Below are positions 61,741 through 64,000 of a DNA stretch of 64,000 nt, piece after piece (within the stretch, counting starts at the first letter, position 1; the number at the start of each line of letters is the position of its first letter). The DNA is from Macrostomum lignano (taxonomy: Eukaryota). The notes beneath the pieces were generated by a model that was not told where the DNA came from, did not search any database, and worked only from the letters and a program-made list of their open reading frames with translations. The translations under genes and the position numbers were made by a program. The DNA lies in NCBI GenBank assembly GCA_002269645.1, contig NIVC01000969.1:62001-126000 (forward strand), given 5' to 3'.

Positions 61741-63001
61741 GTAAGGCAAGGGCTAGCTTTGAAAAATAACATTAGCTCAAACATTGCGCTACTGTTAAAA
61801 ATTCGTTTGCAGGTCTGCGTCACTACAGTTCAATTCTGATTGCAAGCCCATTTTCTGCTTTGAACCTTTCTAAACGCTAATAAGTATTGAACGGGTGTAC
61901 AATCTAAAGCAACACGCGAATACTTAAGTTGTAGTCTTGTAGACTGTGCAATGCAGAATTATGTAGACACTACCATGAAGTATAAGATATGTGAACATAA
62001 ACATTGCAACTCTATTTTATAACAGCAATTCAGCTCGTAAATCGCTTCGCTTTACCAGAAATTTTAAATATTTCTTCCATTTTTACTTTTTGTTGCAAAA
62101 CTTGATACAGAAAATATTGTTCATCTTCTATATAATTTATTAAACATTGAATAGATTCAAAATATTCAATACGCAATTTTTTTTGCTACTTTTAATCACA
62201 ATTTAAAAAATTTATGCTGTTATTCTTATTTACCCAGCAGGGAATTTCAGCCCAAATCATCATAGATCAAGGCAAGATGCGATTTTTATTTAGCTCGTAT
62301 CTTATCACAGAAGTAAAAAGTTCAAAGCTGAAATCCTTCCTACAGTGTGCTTTTCATGATAATCAAATGTTTTCAAACGTCACAGAGTTCTCATCTAAAA
62401 TTGCTTCTTGGCCTTGGCCTCTATTCTCACTAATCAATCGCACGTTGAGCATACATTTTCACTAATAAAACCGTTAGTATAATTCATATAATTAATAAGG
62501 GCAATAACCGAAGGTTGATAATACATAATTTTTAAATTCCTGATCGAAGTATATGTAGTGAGACAGCACCGCAATCAAGTAAATAGTTATTTGAAGCTGG
62601 AAGAAACAGCTAACAAGCGTATGACAAAAATGAACATAGTTTTAAAATATTATATTTAATTTCTTATAAAATTATTTTTTACTTCTTCATTTCTTTGAAA
62701 CTATTGTTAATTTCGTTGATTATTGTTATATTGTTATATTGTTATATATTATTATTGTTATTGATCATTGATTATATAATTTCTTGATTATTTTCAAGTC
62801 AAACATCATTGCTCAATGTTTTCTTTCTCCTCAATCAGCAGAAGCCAATTTCGAATATCCTCACTGCGCATAAAAAATCAGCTGTAACAAATTATAAATC
62901 ACCATGAATAAATAATGGCATGCAAAACAACCAACTCTGGCACAAAGCATTGCTGTGCATTGCTGACTCGGGCACCCGATTGCCTCATTCAACTTCACCA
63001 G

Positions 63002-63292
63002 GTGATCTACGCACTCAATACGAAGAACGATGAGCACGAAGCTCTGGTGGACGCCCTCAAAAAACAGCACGCGGCCGAGCTGGAGAAAGTCCTGGCCAGC
63101 AGCCGGGAGAAGCTGGCCCGTTGCCAGAGCCTCATCGGTCAGGACAGCGAGTACAGGCGGCGCATCGGCCAACTGGAGGGCTCGCTGGCCGAGGCGCAAG
63201 AGCGGCAGGCGGCCAGTCAGCGCGAATTCGCCGACTTCAAAGTTCGAGCTGAGAGCCGCGAAAGAGAGCTGGCGCAGCAGCAGGCGCAAAAG
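63002..63292 (+). CDS. FAM184: FAM184 family protein, coding exon 2 (gene continues beyond the window)
   Basis: Acceptor TTCACCAG|GTG; VIYALNTKNDEHE continues the signature in phase 0; coiled coil; donor AAG|GTTGGC. Confidence 0.92.
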
Positions 63293-63532
63293 GTTGGCTG
63301 GCCTGACTGAATGCCTGGCTTGAAATGCTTGTGAAGCCAGTTGGTTATGGATGTTGAGTTTCCCAAATCCTAGCTAAGGAATCAGGACTTATACAGCTGA
63401 GTATCTCGAAAAAAATCAGGATGAAATCCGTTCATCCCATTTCATGATGGTGGGTGTTGAAAATCGCGAAAATCAATGACGGAATTTAAGCTCCAGAACA
63501 ACCATCGAACTCAGATGTCTCTGGTGAGCACA

Positions 63533-64000
63533 CAATCCTGACACCACAAATCTGACACCATAATCCTGACACCACAAATCTGACACCATAATCCTGACAC
63601 CACAAATCTGACACAATAATCCTGACACCACAAATCTGACACCATAATCCTGACACCACAAACCTGACACCATAATCCTGACGCCATAAATCTGACACCA
63701 TAATCCTGACGCCATAAATCTGACACCATAATCCTGACACCACAAACCTGACACCATAATCCTGACACCACAAATCTGACACAATAATCCTGACACCACA
63801 AACCTGACACCACAAACCTGACGCCATAAATCTGACACCATAATCCTGACACCATAAATCTGACACCATAATCCTGACACCACAAACCTGACACCATAAT
63901 CCTGACGCCATAAATCTGACACCATAATCTTGACACCACAAATCTGACACCATAATCCTGACACCACAAATCTGACACCATAATCCTGACACCACAAACC
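63533..64000. repeat. 14-bp minisatellite with 28-bp dimer structure (CTGACACCACAAAT / CTGACACCATAATC) in the FAM184 intron
   Basis: Direct reading; runs off the window end. Confidence 0.95.

Noticed and set aside
62861-63997. Minus-strand 142-174-aa ORFs near the window end
   Set aside because: They are an antisense shadow of FAM184 exon 2 or translations of the 14-bp array.

Overview
Eukaryotic (metazoan) genomic DNA: GC-rich spliced exons, AT-rich intergenic DNA and at least 17 unrelated tandem-repeat arrays. This architecture suggests a Macrostomum-like flatworm, which is an inference only. Four protein-coding loci are supported. (1) An intronless 549-aa low-complexity orphan ORF (8733-10382, -). 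(2) A six-exon gene of about 2094 aa (48526-19088, -) encoding signal peptide, about 11 Cys-rich repeats, an S/A/G/T mucin-like VNTR, a VWA domain, a coiled coil, two tandem copies of an unnamed extracellular module and a second S/A/G/T tract. A GPI-signal-like tail lies one base out of frame after its stop, and its second intron is a 20-kb satellite. (3) A three-exon ankyrin-repeat/SOCS-box (ASB) gene (58803-52919, -). (4) The first two coding exons of a FAM184 homolog (61615-63292, +), head-to-head with the ASB gene. Mobile DNA comprises a decayed THAP/P-element transposase, a Charlie-like hAT relic filled by (CTCCT)n, and a hAT-type MITE with perfect TIRs and TSD nested inside an older MITE. 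The 6,700-aa ORFs in the track are satellite artefacts. No rRNA, tRNA or CRISPR array was seen.
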